From Candidatus Latescibacterota bacterium (GTDB lineage: Bacteria > Latescibacterota > UBA2968 > UBA8231): a stretch of 64,000 bases of DNA. The position numbers and the translations under genes are program-made. Location of the stretch: the NCBI GenBank assembly GCA_965219385.1, contig CBDCNM010000002.1, positions 32,639 through 96,638 on the forward strand, written 5' to 3'. The notes beneath the pieces were generated by a model, which was not told the origin of the DNA, made no database searches, and worked only from the letters and a program-made list of their open reading frames with translations. Shown here one piece after another: positions 49,658 through 59,013 of this stretch. The number at the start of each line of letters is the position of its first letter. Within the stretch, counting starts at the first letter, position 1.

Positions 49658-51153
49658 CACCCCTTTGAAGGTGGGTTAATTTCCATTTATGATGCCTGTT
49701 TTGTGGTTTTTCGTTGTGCTATAAGTCGAGCGGTCGAAAGGTGCGGTTTGGTCTTTTCCGTTCGTCGCTTGGGCGGTTGTTTTTGGGGGCCCCGTGGATG
49801 TTTTTTAAAACATCTCAGGTCGACTTTTCCAGCTAAGTGCAGCAGCCTTTCCACCCACTGGGGCATGCTCCATTGACGGAAAAGGCCCCAGTGCTCCGGA
49901 GCAATGGCAATCATCATGCTGCGATAGGGGTTGGCCATTTCGTTGGCTAGATAGTAGCCTGAACGCTCTTTTTCGATTTTCTCGACGCCGTGGCCGTGTA
50001 CACAGCGTAAGGCCGCCTTGACCACGACGAGCAGGTTGTAGGCGACCAGGGCCAGGCAAAAGGCAAACAGGGCCGCGGGTGGATAGCCCAGCGTGTTGAT
50101 TTCAGCATTGAGGGGCTCGGCCAATTCTTGAAAGGCACGTTCTATCGTCCACCGAGGGCGATACAGACGCGCGATCTTTTGAGCCGAAGCGCTGCGTTGG
50201 GGCAGATTGGTCAGGATGATGATCTCGGTTTCGCCCTCCCGGGTGGGTTGATCCAGCTGCAAAACGGTACGACGCCATAGATGGGTGCCCCCGTCTTCAT
50301 CCCCCACGCGGATGCGTTGTTCATAGACCACACCCGTGTCAATACGTCCTTGCTCGATGAGCACGCTGGCTTCTTCCCAGGGCAGTTTCTGATGATGACG
50401 TATAATGAAATAAGCCGATCGGGCTTCGAGCCCCGATAGAAAGCCGCGGGTACAAAAGGTGCGATCGGCCAACCATACATCGTTGGCCTCGACCAAGGGG
50501 AGCACCTGGTCCAACAAGGCGCGTTCCTGGGCATGCCCCTCTTCACAGCAAATGGCCGGCGTGGCCATCTGTAGGGCGGGGTCATAGACCACCAACGATT
50601 TACCCGGTAAGGCGCCCGAGGACAGTACGCGTAATTCATCCAGGCGATGCGGGGTGGCCCCCAGACAATTACCGTCCACAATCTTGAGACGGTAGCCGGG
50701 CACCCAAGGCGGAAGCACGCCCCCCATCTGGGTCACGATGGGCCCCATTGATTCCACACTATAGTCTACCAAGGCGGAGGAGGTGGGCGGCTCGATTCCA
50801 TTGAGCTTGTTGTAGACCGACTGGATGGACACACTCAGGTGGGCCATGTCGGCTTGATAGGCGGCATGCATGGACGGTTGAATCCCACAGACCACCTGAC
50901 TCATCAGATCGAACACGGTGGAAAACAACAACGCACGGGTATACTGCCGGTCGGCCGTATGCGCGAATAATTCATCAAGCTTTTCCGGTTGCAGCACCCG
51001 TTCCAACAGGCCACCCACCATCACCGCGACCGGACTGTGCTCTTCAAAACGCTTGAAAACAGGGTCTAACATGGAGGACTCCTCCAGTTTGTGTGGATTA
51101 ACTGGAGTTAAATTAATGGGTTAGTGGATGCTCTGTCCACCTTCAAAGGGGTG
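49658..51153 (-). mobile_element. intact IS4-family element (1496 bp) with perfect 17-bp terminal IRs and 12-bp target duplication
   Basis: IRs CACCCCTTTGAAGGTGG (49658-49674) and CCACCTTCAAAGGGGTG (51137-51153). Direct repeat GTCTTTTAGCCT at 49646-49657 and 51154-51165. High GC inside the low-GC island. Confidence 0.9.
49687..51072 (-). CDS. IS4-family DDE transposase (461 aa)
   Basis: …RLYRPRWTIERAFQELAEPLNAE… C-terminal signature. Full length, no disruptions. Confidence 0.85.
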   Translation of the reverse strand: MLDPVFKRFEEHSPVAVMVGGLLERVLQPEKLDELFAHTADRQYTRALLFSTVFDLMSQVVCGIQPSMHAAYQADMAHLSVSIQSVYNKLNGIEPPTSSALVDYSVESMGPIVTQMGGVLPPWVPGYRLKIVDGNCLGATPHRLDELRVLSSGALPGKSLVVYDPALQMATPAICCEEGHAQERALLDQVLPLVEANDVWLADRTFCTRGFLSGLEARSAYFIIRHHQKLPWEEASVLIEQGRIDTGVVYEQRIRVGDEDGGTHLWRRTVLQLDQPTREGETEIIILTNLPQRSASAQKIARLYRPRWTIERAFQELAEPLNAEINTLGYPPAALFAFCLALVAYNLLVVVKAALRCVHGHGVEKIEKERSGYYLANEMANPYRSMMIAIAPEHWGLFRQWSMPQWVERLLHLAGKVDLRCFKKHPRGPQKQPPKRRTEKTKPHLSTARLIAQRKTTKQAS

Positions 51154-51208
51154 GTCTTTTAGCCTACAAACTCACACAGGATCGCCCTATCCATCTCCTT
51201 CACTAAAC

Positions 51209-52555
51209 TCATCGGGTGAACTCATCAGGCTTGGAAGTATTAGAGGGCCAGTACCCATCAGGGTCTTGCCGCCACAGATTCCCGCACATCCCCGAAATCA
51301 CACTCCATTCAGCCGCGCCCAAGTCCGGCTCTGGATGGAAGAGGAACCTCTTCAACCCCGCACGTTCTGAGGCCCTCAAAATGCCATCCAGATCTCTAGC
51401 CGTCATGGCATCTCCAGCGTGCGGGCTACGTGCGGTGGACACCCAGCAGATTACCTTATCGTCGTCCCCAATAGCCTCCAACGCACGCCGCGTTTCGCTG
51501 TACACAACCTCAGAAAAGAACTCCTCCGGGAAACCCATCTCCATATCCATTAGCGAGTGGACGCCCGGAAGCTCGATCCCGAACAACGACTTCACCAACG
51601 CAAAACAATCCTCTTCCGTCAGTGTAGGATTCCATTCGGAGAACTTCTGCACCCAGCGCTGAATCGTCCCATACATCCCGTCGAACCCCCGATGCCAGTA
51701 GTAGTGCTTGGGAAAGATGTAGTCGAAGTACTTTCCCATCTGCTGATAGTTTTGACCAGTGAGCGAGGAGAAGGTCGCCGTTCGCGGGATACCGCCCAAC
51801 TCCACTTTGCGGTTCAACCTGTCGATCTGAGTCCGCATGGCCGCCATAAAGCCCAACGCTGTCTCCTGACGCGTCCTCAGCAAGTAGAGTGCATCCTCAT
51901 TAAGATCGAACAAGATCAGGCCCGCTAACATCCCTCCCGGGGCGTGATAACGAACCAGATCCTGCGTCAAATTGTGAAAGCGGTCTCGCAGATGCGCTAT
52001 GCCGCGGTCTAAGCGGTCTATATCCACCCCTAAGTGCTGGTAGCGACTGCGCTCGTGATCACGGATCTCGAACAGCTCTCCCCCGTGATGCCACGCTAAC
52101 TCGTAGTGTTGTTCCCCGGGGCCATCCATGATAATACCGTGCGCTTGGGGATAGGCGTTCATGAGATCTTGAGCGCCGGCTGCAAACCTCACTCCGCCGT
52201 AGGGATCCTCTTCTGGGGGACGGATTCCAGAATACATTGGAGAAGTCATGCCCCCTCCGGGAACATCGAAGATCATGATGTGCCAGCCGCGCGAGGCTGC
52301 GTCGTCCAGCATCACGTGAAGAGCTTTCTCTTTTTCCCGATCGCGTGGAGCCTCCGGAGGCGGGCTCACACCGAACGATTCATATACCTTTGGGTCAGCG
52401 GGGAAGGTGGGAATATATGAACCATCCTCCTGCCTGAAAAACATACGACCCACCGCGATACCGCGCACACCACCGTCCTCCCAGGCGTCAAAGATGCGCT
52501 TATAGTCGGCCATGCGTTGTTCGAACCGTTCATGAATGAATACCCAGGGGACCAT
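51209..52555 (-). CDS. hypothetical protein, possibly the catalytic (TIM-barrel) part of a glycoside-hydrolase-like enzyme
   Basis: AGGAGG upstream of ATG 52555. 448 aa. No confident family. Tightly linked to the small N-domain-like gene upstream. Confidence 0.45.
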   Translation of the reverse strand: MVPWVFIHERFEQRMADYKRIFDAWEDGGVRGIAVGRMFFRQEDGSYIPTFPADPKVYESFGVSPPPEAPRDREKEKALHVMLDDAASRGWHIMIFDVPGGGMTSPMYSGIRPPEEDPYGGVRFAAGAQDLMNAYPQAHGIIMDGPGEQHYELAWHHGGELFEIRDHERSRYQHLGVDIDRLDRGIAHLRDRFHNLTQDLVRYHAPGGMLAGLILFDLNEDALYLLRTRQETALGFMAAMRTQIDRLNRKVELGGIPRTATFSSLTGQNYQQMGKYFDYIFPKHYYWHRGFDGMYGTIQRWVQKFSEWNPTLTEEDCFALVKSLFGIELPGVHSLMDMEMGFPEEFFSEVVYSETRRALEAIGDDDKVICWVSTARSPHAGDAMTARDLDGILRASERAGLKRFLFHPEPDLGAAEWSVISGMCGNLWRQDPDGYWPSNTSKPDEFTR

Positions 52556-52583
52556 TGCAGAACCTCCTCTTAGTTAAGGTTTT

Positions 52584-53048
52584 TCAGATAGCTCGTAAGA
52601 TCTGCCAATATTCCGCGTGTGCGGGAATAAGACCTTTCACAAGAGTCTGTATAGGGGGGATGTGCGCGTGGTCATGTGTGAGGAAGCGCACACCGATGAA
52701 ATCTTCGAGGAACTGATACACGCCGTAGAGCGTGCCTCGTGGACGCCCACCAACTATAACCACTCGATCGCTCTCAACGATGATTTGCAGTTCCTCTTCT
52801 CCCATTGTGGCAGAATCAAGGGGGGCTATGTCTGGATCGATGTAGACGTGATCGGTTCTCCCTTGGGCAGCCGAACGCAAAGGGAGTTCTATCCCCGTTG
52901 CTTTCCCGAACCACCGCTGGAACTCTTCGGCTGCATATTTTTCGGAGGGGATCGCTTCGGGAGGGACTACAATATCCCAACTGCGCATTTGGGAGCAGCC
53001 TAAGGTGCCTTGAGAAGGTTGATAAGACAGTGTTTTTGAAATTGGCAT
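52584..53048 (-). CDS. small protein resembling the N-terminal non-catalytic domain of glycoside hydrolases (GH20b/DUF4838-like)
   Basis: GGAGG upstream of ATG 53048. …LQIIVESDRVVIVGGRPRGTLYGVYQFLEDFIGVRFLT… resembles hexosaminidase-type N-domains. Tentative. Confidence 0.4.
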   Translation of the reverse strand: MPISKTLSYQPSQGTLGCSQMRSWDIVVPPEAIPSEKYAAEEFQRWFGKATGIELPLRSAAQGRTDHVYIDPDIAPLDSATMGEEELQIIVESDRVVIVGGRPRGTLYGVYQFLEDFIGVRFLTHDHAHIPPIQTLVKGLIPAHAEYWQILRAI

Positions 53049-53131
53049 ATTGGGCCTCCGGTGCAAAGTGCACAGCAATCGTAATAACACCCAATTCTAT
53101 GAGCTCAGGGGCATATACTATAATATCAGTA

Positions 53132-55021
53132 TCAATACGCCACATCTATAGTTCCAACCTTATCGGTCTTTCCCTTATCAGTATCCACAGAAATTTGATA
53201 TACATAAACACCAGGAGGAACTATCTCCCCTGAAACGTCCCTCCCATCCCACTCTCGCTCGTGAGGACCGATCAGATCATCCCCTGAATATACTCTCCGA
53301 ACAAGACGACCCGATAGATCCCGTATCTCAACTATCACAGAAACTGATCCTGTAATCTCAAAGATGTCATAAGATATGATGCCAATGTCGTTAATCCCAT
53401 CCCCGTTAGGTGTGAAAGTCACAGGCGAAACGCTCACCTCAAGTAGAGACTTATCTTCAACCGATGTCACAACAGATACCCTGTCCCCCCCAAGCTCGTC
53501 TGCCGCATTGCCAGGGTTGACCACTTGATGAACTTCCAGAGGCCTGCTGCTGTCAAAGACCCGGGCGTTGAAGGAGGAGCCAAACCTTAAAACCTTAGCA
53601 CCGAATACCACCTCAATCAACAACCCGGTGTAATTCTTCTCTACTTTAGGGAAACTGACTTCAAATCGATTCTCCTCTAAAGCCTCCACTTCAAACGGAA
53701 CAGCAACATCGGCTATCCTCACCGAATCGACAGAGGCAATTATAGAAGATGTAGTCATCTCCAACCTGTCGAAACCTGTATCGTCTCCCTCTATTATCGG
53801 CTTAAAAGCGTAGGTGAAGCGAGATACCTTCCCCACTTCCACCTGGATCGGAGAAATCTCACCCACCAACTCGGAAGCCACAGGAGGAACAGAGGTGCGA
53901 AACTCTAAAAAGTCGACTCCACCTCCCGACTCACCTTTGGGAAGGATGTCGACCTTAAACTGGAAGAAGCGACGGGGGCTTAAAGAGACAATGGGAGTGC
54001 CTACTAAACTGTCAGCAAAATCGTAAGGTGGAGACCAGAATGTCCAGTTGTTCCTGTCATAGGTTATCCCCGCCCTCTCGCCAACCTTGAGCTTCTTATA
54101 TTGGGACTTGGTGGTTACTTGTGTCTTCTCATCCGCGTTCCCTGTGAACTTCCAGTAGAGATTAGGATCGTCGTCCGATCCGCTCCTTGTCTGTATAAGG
54201 ACCTTTGCACCTAGGTCTCTACTGCCGGACCATCTAATATCGCCCCAGGCTGTAGGATTCTCAAGGTCTATTATGTTAGATACATATGAAGATTTTTCAA
54301 AAAACCCTCTCGCATAGACCTCTACTTCTGCGATTTCCCACACCTCACTGTGTTCGGCTATCGCAATATGTAGGAAGGCTACCCTCTGAGGCGGCCACTT
54401 TACCTCCAGGAACTGCTTTCTGTTGTCTCTAATCTCAATGAAGGGCCTAGCCAAGCCAGCCCTGGCCGCTGGTTTTGGGACTTTGGGGGAGAGGTGGACG
54501 CGAAGATTCCGCACAATTCTCCCCAGATCACCAAGTCCGGATACTAATACGATCCTGTCAATGATAAGTAGTCCGCCAAGATCTATGTTAACATTCCCTG
54601 TAGATGTCGACGACCAAAAATCGCCGTCACAGGAGTAGTAGACCGGGTTAAGATCCGCACAGAGGTATGTGGGAGTCTCGAATCCTGTGCTATAGTCCCC
54701 GTCAAATGCTACCCCTTCAGTCTCTCTATACACTCCTCCTTTTTCTTTAGCGTCCGGCGCTATATTGTCTTGAGGATCGAGCTCTAAAGCCCTGATCGAT
54801 CCGCCGTCCATATCGAGTTGAAAGGCCTCTCCTCCCTGCGAACTGTTCCAATCTGACCAGCTAAGCTGTTTAAACACCACGCCTTCACTTCCGACCTCAG
54901 GAGGAAGAGGAAGGGTCTCGTCGCCGCCAAACCTGTAGATGATAAGTCCTGATGAATCTTTTGGCACTAACACAACTATCAGGATAACAACCCCAAATAA
55001 CCTTAATATGTTATTTTTCAT
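53132..55021 (-). CDS. secreted 629-aa protein with discoidin-like domain(s) and FlgD-Ig/T9SS-type C-terminal sorting domain
   Basis: Signal peptide MKNNILRLFGVVILIVVLVP. C-terminus …TPNGDGINDIGIISYDI…IRDLSGRLVRRVY…WDGRDVSGEIVPPGVYVYQISVDTDKGKTDKVGTIDVAY. Confidence 0.7.
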   Translation of the reverse strand: MKNNILRLFGVVILIVVLVPKDSSGLIIYRFGGDETLPLPPEVGSEGVVFKQLSWSDWNSSQGGEAFQLDMDGGSIRALELDPQDNIAPDAKEKGGVYRETEGVAFDGDYSTGFETPTYLCADLNPVYYSCDGDFWSSTSTGNVNIDLGGLLIIDRIVLVSGLGDLGRIVRNLRVHLSPKVPKPAARAGLARPFIEIRDNRKQFLEVKWPPQRVAFLHIAIAEHSEVWEIAEVEVYARGFFEKSSYVSNIIDLENPTAWGDIRWSGSRDLGAKVLIQTRSGSDDDPNLYWKFTGNADEKTQVTTKSQYKKLKVGERAGITYDRNNWTFWSPPYDFADSLVGTPIVSLSPRRFFQFKVDILPKGESGGGVDFLEFRTSVPPVASELVGEISPIQVEVGKVSRFTYAFKPIIEGDDTGFDRLEMTTSSIIASVDSVRIADVAVPFEVEALEENRFEVSFPKVEKNYTGLLIEVVFGAKVLRFGSSFNARVFDSSRPLEVHQVVNPGNAADELGGDRVSVVTSVEDKSLLEVSVSPVTFTPNGDGINDIGIISYDIFEITGSVSVIVEIRDLSGRLVRRVYSGDDLIGPHEREWDGRDVSGEIVPPGVYVYQISVDTDKGKTDKVGTIDVAY

Positions 55022-55043
55022 CTATTACCTCCTAATATCAATG

Positions 55044-57611
55044 TCAATACGCTACGTGGACCAACCGATCGGCAGAAGTCTCTTCGGCAGAACCAGAATC
55101 GGCATCTACTTGGATTCTGAAAAGATATATCCCCGGAGGAACTATATTGCCCGATTCGTCGTCCCCTGGCCAAACGATGGAATAGGTCCCCCTCGGGTCA
55201 GACCTGCGCTTCGAAAACTTCTTGACTACAACACCGCTGAGATCGTATATCGTCAACCTCAATTCCTTATCTGCGCTTACCCTCGCAACGCTGAAGCTAA
55301 AGGTCATCTCATCGTTTACACCGTCTCCGTTGGGAGTAATCGTCTCAGGATCAATACTCAAATCTTGGATAATCTCATTTTCCCCCAAAGCAAGGACAGT
55401 TGTCGTCTGGCTGTTCACTAAATCCGTCGCATCTCCCGCATCGACCCTCTGCCAAAAACCGGGGGAGTTAGAGTTTTGTCCCGATGCTTTAAACGATGCG
55501 CTGTTTGAAAAGATCATCGAGCGGAACTGAACCTCTACAAGATCCACTTCTCGTCCGATGGGATCAGGCAGGCGAAACCAGAGTGTGTCGGGCTGTAAAT
55601 CGATCACTGTCAACTCTGATAGTGAAAAACTTCTAACCTGGCCACTCTCAAAATCGTCATCGCTGCCTGTGCGCACCTGGAGGAGTTCCATCTCACTTCC
55701 GGCAGTGGCTTCTATCATAATCTCATCGAATCCCTGTAATGCCGTGCTGAAAGAAGGACGGATGAAAAGTGAGAGATCTGCAGGTCTACTTATCGTCTCG
55801 ATCCTGTTGGGCCACACCTCTCCGATCATCCTGTCCGCAATCGGATCGGACATATTGACCCTGATGGAGCGCAAAGATGCGGTCATCTCGGGACTATGCG
55901 ATAAAATCCTTGCCCTTATAAGCATAAACTCCCGCGGGCTTGGGGACTTTATATCCTCACCTGAAAAACGGTAGGGAACACTCCAGGGACTCCAATCGCC
56001 ACCCGGTTTAAATACACTCGTTAACTCCCCCCGCCTAAATTGGGGGAGTTTATTATATGCCTTCTCTGAAATAACGCCGCCCTTACTATTGTGGTATATC
56101 TTTTCTTCCTCAAGCTCGTTTCCCGTTCTTGTCTCCAACTGGACGCTCGTTCCAGGGGGAGTGTCCACCTCCCACTCTATGGAGATGAGATTCTTCCTTC
56201 TGCCCAACTGTATAAGGTCCGAAGTCAACACCACCTCCGGAACGTATCCCTCCCCGTAGAGCATCACCTCCATGAAACCCCCGTCATATCTTAGGTTGCC
56301 CTCGCCGACTATCCCGATCTCTATCGTAGGATTTTGGAACGGTGTCCTAATGAATCTAACCTTGGCAGGATCGATCCTGAACTCGTGAAAGTCTGCCCAC
56401 TTCTTGTGACTTGCTACCCTTGTCCACTTAATGGTGCCGTCAGGCGCCCTTGTCCCGTCAGATATGTCCACAAAGAACTCTTTGATGGATATGTGCATAA
56501 ACTGCATTGTGTCGATCCAAAAGAGTGCTCCCACATCCTCAAATAAATTGTAGACTCTACCACCCAATATCGAGAAGCTATACCCCGTGCTAAAAGCACC
56601 GTCTGAAAGAGTAAAGCCGGGATCCTTCGGACCGGCGTCGGTCTCAATAGTCGCTCTCCCCCCGCGTTCTACCATACCGAGGTTGATATTATCCCCGGGA
56701 GTCCAGACTTCGATCTCCGCTAATTTGGGTATCTCCCTCCTGTAGTACCTTATCGGGCCTTTATAATCGGGATCGATCGCCTCGTAATTTTCCTTCGAGA
56801 TCAAAGTCTCCCTACCCAATATACTCCTTGTGTAGTATTCCACTGCCCCTTTCCTATCGTCCGGCAGAGCATCGTACTCCTCTTTTGAAATCTCCTGGGC
56901 CGTGTCAAAATCGCTGTCTATAACGATTATCCGAACGAACTCAATAGGCTCTCCTATGAAAGAGCCGTCTGTTACTGCTTTCGTTGTGGGAGGGACAAAC
57001 TCAAAGACCCTTTGAGTCTTGTTCGGCTTGACAGTCCTGCCGATCTCCCAGAAATTCGGTATATCCGTCCCCACAAGCGTATACCCAAAGTGCGCTGCGC
57101 GATACGGGGGACCGTGCCTCCAGACTAAGACCTTAAACTGCAAAAAGGGATCACCATCGCCTTCCTCGGCAAAACGCAACACTATCTTTGAAGCCACAGC
57201 TAACCGTCCTAAACTTAAAGAAACTCCCCAGTCCTCCAGGGGTCTATCAGTATCAGGACCCCACGTCGTGCTTATATCCCCATCTATCAAATTGCGCGCA
57301 TCCTGCTGGTTCGAACCGACAACTACCCCTCCTTGATCAGTAACAGAGAACTTTTCTGCATCCAAAGCAGCATTGATATTTTTACGTATGAACTTGGAAC
57401 TGACAGAGCCACCCGGCGAAATATCTGCGATGCCTCCTGCAACGTCCCACGCCTCCCAATGGGATCTAGTGTTAACCAGAATCGTGTTGCCGTCGATAGT
57501 ATGCCCCTTTTGAGCCCCGACACGGAAAGGGAAAAGCAAAAGTATCAAAACCGTCACAAGAACTGTTGCGCAGGCCCAATAGATGATCCTAATATCTCTC
57601 ATTTTTAACAC
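55044..57611 (-). CDS. secreted 855-aa paralog with two discoidin-like domains and FlgD-Ig/T9SS-type C-terminal domain
   Basis: Signal MLKMRDIRIIYWACATVLVTVLILLLFPFRVGA. …NLIDGDISTTWGPD… and …TLSDGAFSTGYSFS… modules. C-terminus …TPNGDGVNDEMTFSF…LTIYDLSGVVVKKF…WPGDDESGNIVPPGIYLFRIQVDADSG…LVHVAY. Confidence 0.7.
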   Translation of the reverse strand: MLKMRDIRIIYWACATVLVTVLILLLFPFRVGAQKGHTIDGNTILVNTRSHWEAWDVAGGIADISPGGSVSSKFIRKNINAALDAEKFSVTDQGGVVVGSNQQDARNLIDGDISTTWGPDTDRPLEDWGVSLSLGRLAVASKIVLRFAEEGDGDPFLQFKVLVWRHGPPYRAAHFGYTLVGTDIPNFWEIGRTVKPNKTQRVFEFVPPTTKAVTDGSFIGEPIEFVRIIVIDSDFDTAQEISKEEYDALPDDRKGAVEYYTRSILGRETLISKENYEAIDPDYKGPIRYYRREIPKLAEIEVWTPGDNINLGMVERGGRATIETDAGPKDPGFTLSDGAFSTGYSFSILGGRVYNLFEDVGALFWIDTMQFMHISIKEFFVDISDGTRAPDGTIKWTRVASHKKWADFHEFRIDPAKVRFIRTPFQNPTIEIGIVGEGNLRYDGGFMEVMLYGEGYVPEVVLTSDLIQLGRRKNLISIEWEVDTPPGTSVQLETRTGNELEEEKIYHNSKGGVISEKAYNKLPQFRRGELTSVFKPGGDWSPWSVPYRFSGEDIKSPSPREFMLIRARILSHSPEMTASLRSIRVNMSDPIADRMIGEVWPNRIETISRPADLSLFIRPSFSTALQGFDEIMIEATAGSEMELLQVRTGSDDDFESGQVRSFSLSELTVIDLQPDTLWFRLPDPIGREVDLVEVQFRSMIFSNSASFKASGQNSNSPGFWQRVDAGDATDLVNSQTTTVLALGENEIIQDLSIDPETITPNGDGVNDEMTFSFSVARVSADKELRLTIYDLSGVVVKKFSKRRSDPRGTYSIVWPGDDESGNIVPPGIYLFRIQVDADSGSAEETSADRLVHVAY

Positions 57612-57711
57612 CCCTGTATCGTAAAAGCTACAGTTGGGAAAAAGTAAGGGGGGATAAAAGATATATCCCCCCTATTAGGTTAAGTGAAGCCCGTGCAGAA
57701 ATAAGCTAGTG

Positions 57712-57783
57712 CATTGTTGGTCCTCCTTGTAATAGGTTTTCCATAACCATGGATAAAACCTATTACAAGGAGGACCAACAATG
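57712..57783. repeat. perfect palindrome: 29-bp arms CATTGTTGGTCCTCCTTGTAATAGGTTTT (57712-57740) and reverse complement (57755-57783), separated by 14 bp (CCATAACCATGGAT)
   Basis: Read directly. The right arm contains AAGGAGG and the ATG (57781) of the ISAs1-like fragment. Confidence 0.9.
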
Positions 57784-58014
57784 CGTAGAGCCAAGTTAAT
57801 CCAGCTGTTACGGCAGATCAAGAAGCGTTTCGCTGTGGCCTCTCCACCCCACGCCCTCGCGGGTCGGGGGGTGGAGAAAACCTACTCGGAGCTGTCGATG
57901 CTTTTGTGCGGCGTGCTCATGATTGTTCACCGGATTCGGGAGTTCCAAGCGTTGCATGATTTAGGTGATTATGCTGATCAATTTCCAGGAAAAGAAACCC
58001 ATGGATCAGGTTAA
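57781..58014 (+). pseudogene. N-terminal 77-aa fragment of an ISAs1-family transposase
   Basis: …FAVASPPHALAGRGVEKTYSELSMLLCGVLMIVHRIREFQALHDLG… resembles the DDE_Tnp_1_assoc N-domain (F..DPR…ILVIALCAVLCGA…). The ORF stops after 77 aa. No DDE domain follows. Confidence 0.4.
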
Positions 58015-58074
58015 ACCGTTCCTCAACGCCATCTGATTTCTGCACGGGCTTCAGGTTAAGTCGAGGCTATCACC

Positions 58075-59013
58075 TTACTTCGTTGAAAGCGAAGACTTGA
58101 TCCTGCCCCAGGTGTCGGTCTCCACCGCAGTCGGCCAGTCAATAGTTTCATCCATTGGCGACAGCACGAAGTCACCCATAAGTTCAGCATTAAACCAGAC
58201 ATCGTGGTTGGGCGGGAAATCGTACGCCCCCTCATAGGCTTCAGAGGTATCGTAGTCCTTGAACAGGTACCCGATGTGTATGATATTTCCGTCCTCAAGA
58301 TCTACTATTGTGCTCCCCTCAGGACCACGAAAGTCCAGAAACTCAAAGGGAGTTACCTTCATCTCATAGGTATATGTGCCAGGTCCTCCCGTTTCACCTT
58401 CGCGGCTCCAGCCGACCTCGGTATAAGATTCATCGGTGACTCCCTTTCCATCCACCAACCAAAACTCGTCTATTGAACCATTACTGGTGTACATAAAGAG
58501 CCAAAAATCGTCAATAGGCGGTACAAGCGCGGTGTACAACTGGCCGGTCGAATACTCCACCGCCAGTCGCTCGTCGTCTTCCAAGCCGCCCATGTCAGGA
58601 GCCCAGAGAGCACCGCCGCTGTGGTCGGCATCGATCACAAAGTTAATGTCATCATCCAGGTTAAAACGGCCGGGATTCTCACGTGAATTGTGGAGATAGT
58701 CATCCGCTACCCAAGCCATCGTGTAAACACGGTTTGTCGACTCATTCCAGCCTACGATGCACTTTATGTTGATATCCGCCAGATCCTTCGCGGTTCCCCT
58801 TCGGGCCTCCTGGATATCATCGTTTTCATGAGTTATCCAATACGTGTCCGGGATCATATCCCAATCTTCCAGGTCACCGTCTATTCCCGGTGTGACACCA
58901 TCGGGAAACTTAACAGCGAAATACTCCACCCCTGGCGGCTCGTGTGCCGAGACAACAGCGGCCACGGCGAATACTATGCTAAGCGCCAAGAGACCTCTAA
59001 TTAATGCCTTCAT
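58075..59013 (-). CDS. secreted protein, CBM9-like carbohydrate-binding family candidate
   Basis: Signal MKALIRGLLALSIVFAVAAVVSA. Acidic, aromatic-rich 312 aa (…GIDGDLEDWDMIPDTYWITHEN…). First gene of the minus-strand island operon. Confidence 0.5.
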   Translation of the reverse strand: MKALIRGLLALSIVFAVAAVVSAHEPPGVEYFAVKFPDGVTPGIDGDLEDWDMIPDTYWITHENDDIQEARRGTAKDLADINIKCIVGWNESTNRVYTMAWVADDYLHNSRENPGRFNLDDDINFVIDADHSGGALWAPDMGGLEDDERLAVEYSTGQLYTALVPPIDDFWLFMYTSNGSIDEFWLVDGKGVTDESYTEVGWSREGETGGPGTYTYEMKVTPFEFLDFRGPEGSTIVDLEDGNIIHIGYLFKDYDTSEAYEGAYDFPPNHDVWFNAELMGDFVLSPMDETIDWPTAVETDTWGRIKSSLSTK

